Shown: one piece after another, positions 61,713 through 64,000 of the stretch
Layout: every line of letters starts with the position of its first letter
Numbering within the stretch: position 1 is the first letter of the stretch
From: Mustelus asterias
Lineage: Eukaryota
Direction of reading: 5' to 3'
NCBI RefSeq assembly: GCF_964213995.1
Contig: NC_135830.1
Span: 11,408,001 to 11,472,000, forward strand
DNA length: 64,000 bases
Translations under genes and position numbers: made by a program
Notes under the pieces: generated by a model
What the model was told of the DNA's origin: nothing
The model's database searches: none
Seen by the model: only the letters and a program-made list of their open reading frames with translations

Positions 61713-62346
61713 GGTGCTGGTGTCCTTGTTGTTTCTCCTGGTTTGATGATCAGTTGAAGCCTCGTCCACACACACAGAACACGTGTACAGCTTCTCTCCA
61801 CTCTGAACGGTATGATGTTTTTACATGTGATGCAACTCAGTGCTTTTCCAGTCACACTGACGATTGACATCTTTTCCACAGACAAACATTTCTACTTCCA
61901 CATTCAAAGGTTGAAGAATAATCGAGTGACTCAAGTCAAGATGTTTGTCCTGAGTTTTGCATCTGCAAACTTTTCCCTTGTAATACCTGTAAAGAGAGTT
62001 TACAAAATTAAGCAGTCAGTCCGGGATAGAAATTCTGAACAGACAATTCTAGTTTCTAAGGAATATTCTTTCCTCCCTCAATCCTCAAAATCTGCTAATC
62101 TCCACACCACACAGTCTCCCTCTATCCCCACTCTGCTGTACGTAATTCTACACCTTTGCAATTCTGCTGATGGACAGATCTCTGTTAACGGCTTCCTGTC
62201 TTGGACTCAGAGATAGTAAGAAATAGGAACAGAAGCAGGCCATTCACCCCATCAAGCCTACTCTGTCACTCAATATGATTAAGGTGAAAGGTGTCCCCCC
62301 CCACCCCTTGTCTTGCCTTTTCACAACACCAGCGGCCACAATCAAA

Positions 62347-62667
62347 GGATAGATTCCCTGCAGTCAGAAGGCGGCCATTTGGCCGATCGAGCCTGCACCA
62401 ACAACAATCCCACTCAGGTCCTATCCCCGAAACCCCACATATTTACCCTGCTAATCCCTCTAACATACACATCCCGGGACACTAAGGGGCATTTTGACAT
62501 GGCTAATCCAACTAATCTGCACATCTTTGGACCATGGGAGGAAACCAGAGCACCTGGAGGAAACCCACACAGACAAGGGGAGAATGTGCAAACTCTGCAC
62601 AGCCAGTGACCAAGCTGGGAATTGAACACAGGTCCCTGGAGCTGTGAGGCAGTCGTGCTAACCATGT
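62347..62667 (-). mobile_element. HE1-type V-SINE
   Basis: V-domain and tail. Confidence 0.85.
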
Positions 62668-62689
62668 GATCATTTCTGCCAATTCTAGC

Positions 62690-62925
62690 ATGCTACCACC
62701 ATGAAACACATCCGCTCACCACCCCAATCAGCATTCTGCAGAGACCGTTTCCTCCATGATACCCGGTCCACTCCTCCATCACCCTCAACCCCTCATCCCA
62801 CTTTACATGCCCACGCATTCGCAAAAGGTGCAATAGTACATCCTCCTTGTCCAACACTCCTAACACTCCCTTCAGGTGAAGCAGCATTTCATTTGTATCT
62901 CCTTCAATTTAGTCCACTGCATTAC
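62690..62925 (+). mobile_element. Old Penelope-like fragment
   Basis: KHIRSPPQSAFCRDRFLHD resembles the PLE RT-to-endonuclease linker. Confidence 0.5.
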
Positions 62926-62927
62926 TT

Positions 62928-64000
62928 ATTAGGACTTATTAGGGAGAGTCAACATGGCTTTGTGCGTGGTAGGTCATGTTTGACCAATCTATTAGAGTTT
63001 TTCGAGGAGGTTACCAGGAAGGTGGATGAAGGGAAGGCGGTGGATGTTGTCTACCTGGATTTCAGCAAGGCCTTTGACAAGGTCCCTCATGGGAGTTTAG
63101 TTAGGAAGGTTCAGTCGCTAGGTATACATGGGGAGGTAGTAAATTGGATAAGACACTGGCTCAATGGAAGAAGCCAGAGAGTGGTTGTGGAGGATTGCTT
63201 CTCTGAGTGGAGGCCTGTGACTAGTGGTGTGCCGCAGGGATCGGTGTTGGGTCCATTGTTGTTTGTCATCTATATCAATGATCTGGATGATAATGTGGTA
63301 AATTGGATCAGCAAGTTTGCTGATGATACAAAGATTGGAGGTGTAGTGGACAGTGAGGAAGGTTTTCAAAGCTTGCAGAGGGATTTGGACCAACTAGAAA
63401 AATGGGCTGAAAAATGGCAAATGGAATTTAACGCAGACAAGTGTGAGATATTGCACTTTGGAAGGACAAACCAAAGAAGAACGTACAGGGTAAATGGTAG
63501 GACTCTGAAGAGTGCAGTTGGACAGAGGGATCTGGGAATACAGGTACAGAATTCCCTAAAAGTGACGTCACAGGTGGATAGGGTCGTAAAGAGTGCCTTT
63601 GGTACATTGGCCTTTATAAATCGGAGTATCGAGTATAAAAGTTGGAGTGTTATGGTAAGTTTATATAAGGCATTGGTGAGGCAGAATTTAGAGTATTGTG
63701 TGCAGTTTTGGTCACCTAGTTACAGGAAGGATGTAAATAAGATTGAAAGAGTGCAGAGAAGGTTCACAAGGATGTTGTCGGGACTTGAGAAGCTGAGTTA
63801 CAGAGAGAGATTGAATAGGTTGGGACTTTATTCCCTGGAGCGTAGAAGATTGAGGGGAGATTTGGTAGAGGTGTATAAGATTTTGATGGGTATAGATAGA
63901 GTGAATGCAAGCAGGCTTTTTCCGCTGAGGCTAGGGGAGAAAAAAACCAGAGGGCATGGGTTAAGGTGAAAGGAGAAAAGTTTAAAGGGAATATTAGGGG
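62928..64000 (+). mobile_element. Young CR1, 5'-truncated, runs off window end
   Basis: GLIRESQHGF...FADD...TRGHGLR open frame. Confidence 0.93.

Noticed and set aside
62701-63969. 422-aa ORF as a novel Penelope-CR1 fusion protein
   Set aside because: Chance in-frame junction of a decayed PLE fragment with a 5'-truncated CR1; ends at a 1-bp deletion

Overview
Eukaryotic genomic DNA, very probably from a cartilaginous fish (shark/ray): it is saturated with HE1-type V-SINEs and CR1/HER1-type LINEs, plus L2, Rex1/Babar, Penelope-like and LTR remnants. The genic content is a birth-and-death cluster of single-coding-exon C2H2 zinc-finger genes with no recognisable KRAB/SCAN domain (about 6 open ORFs and several pseudogenes), two pairs of which sit head-to-head around a conserved ~150 bp CCAAT/GC/NRF1 bidirectional promoter cassette, and one intronless BTB-BACK (BTBD17-like) gene with an ISRE-like promoter. 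Most notable: a 1.55 kb TSD-flanked, poly(A)-signal-bearing retrocopy of an unrecognised modular gene that truncated a ZNF gene; in-frame TGA codons shared by the leader fingers of many paralogues; minimal hammerhead ribozymes in Penelope-derived inserts; and a CRE minisatellite beside a promoter. All calls are by eye; repeat boundaries are approximate and no database search was run.
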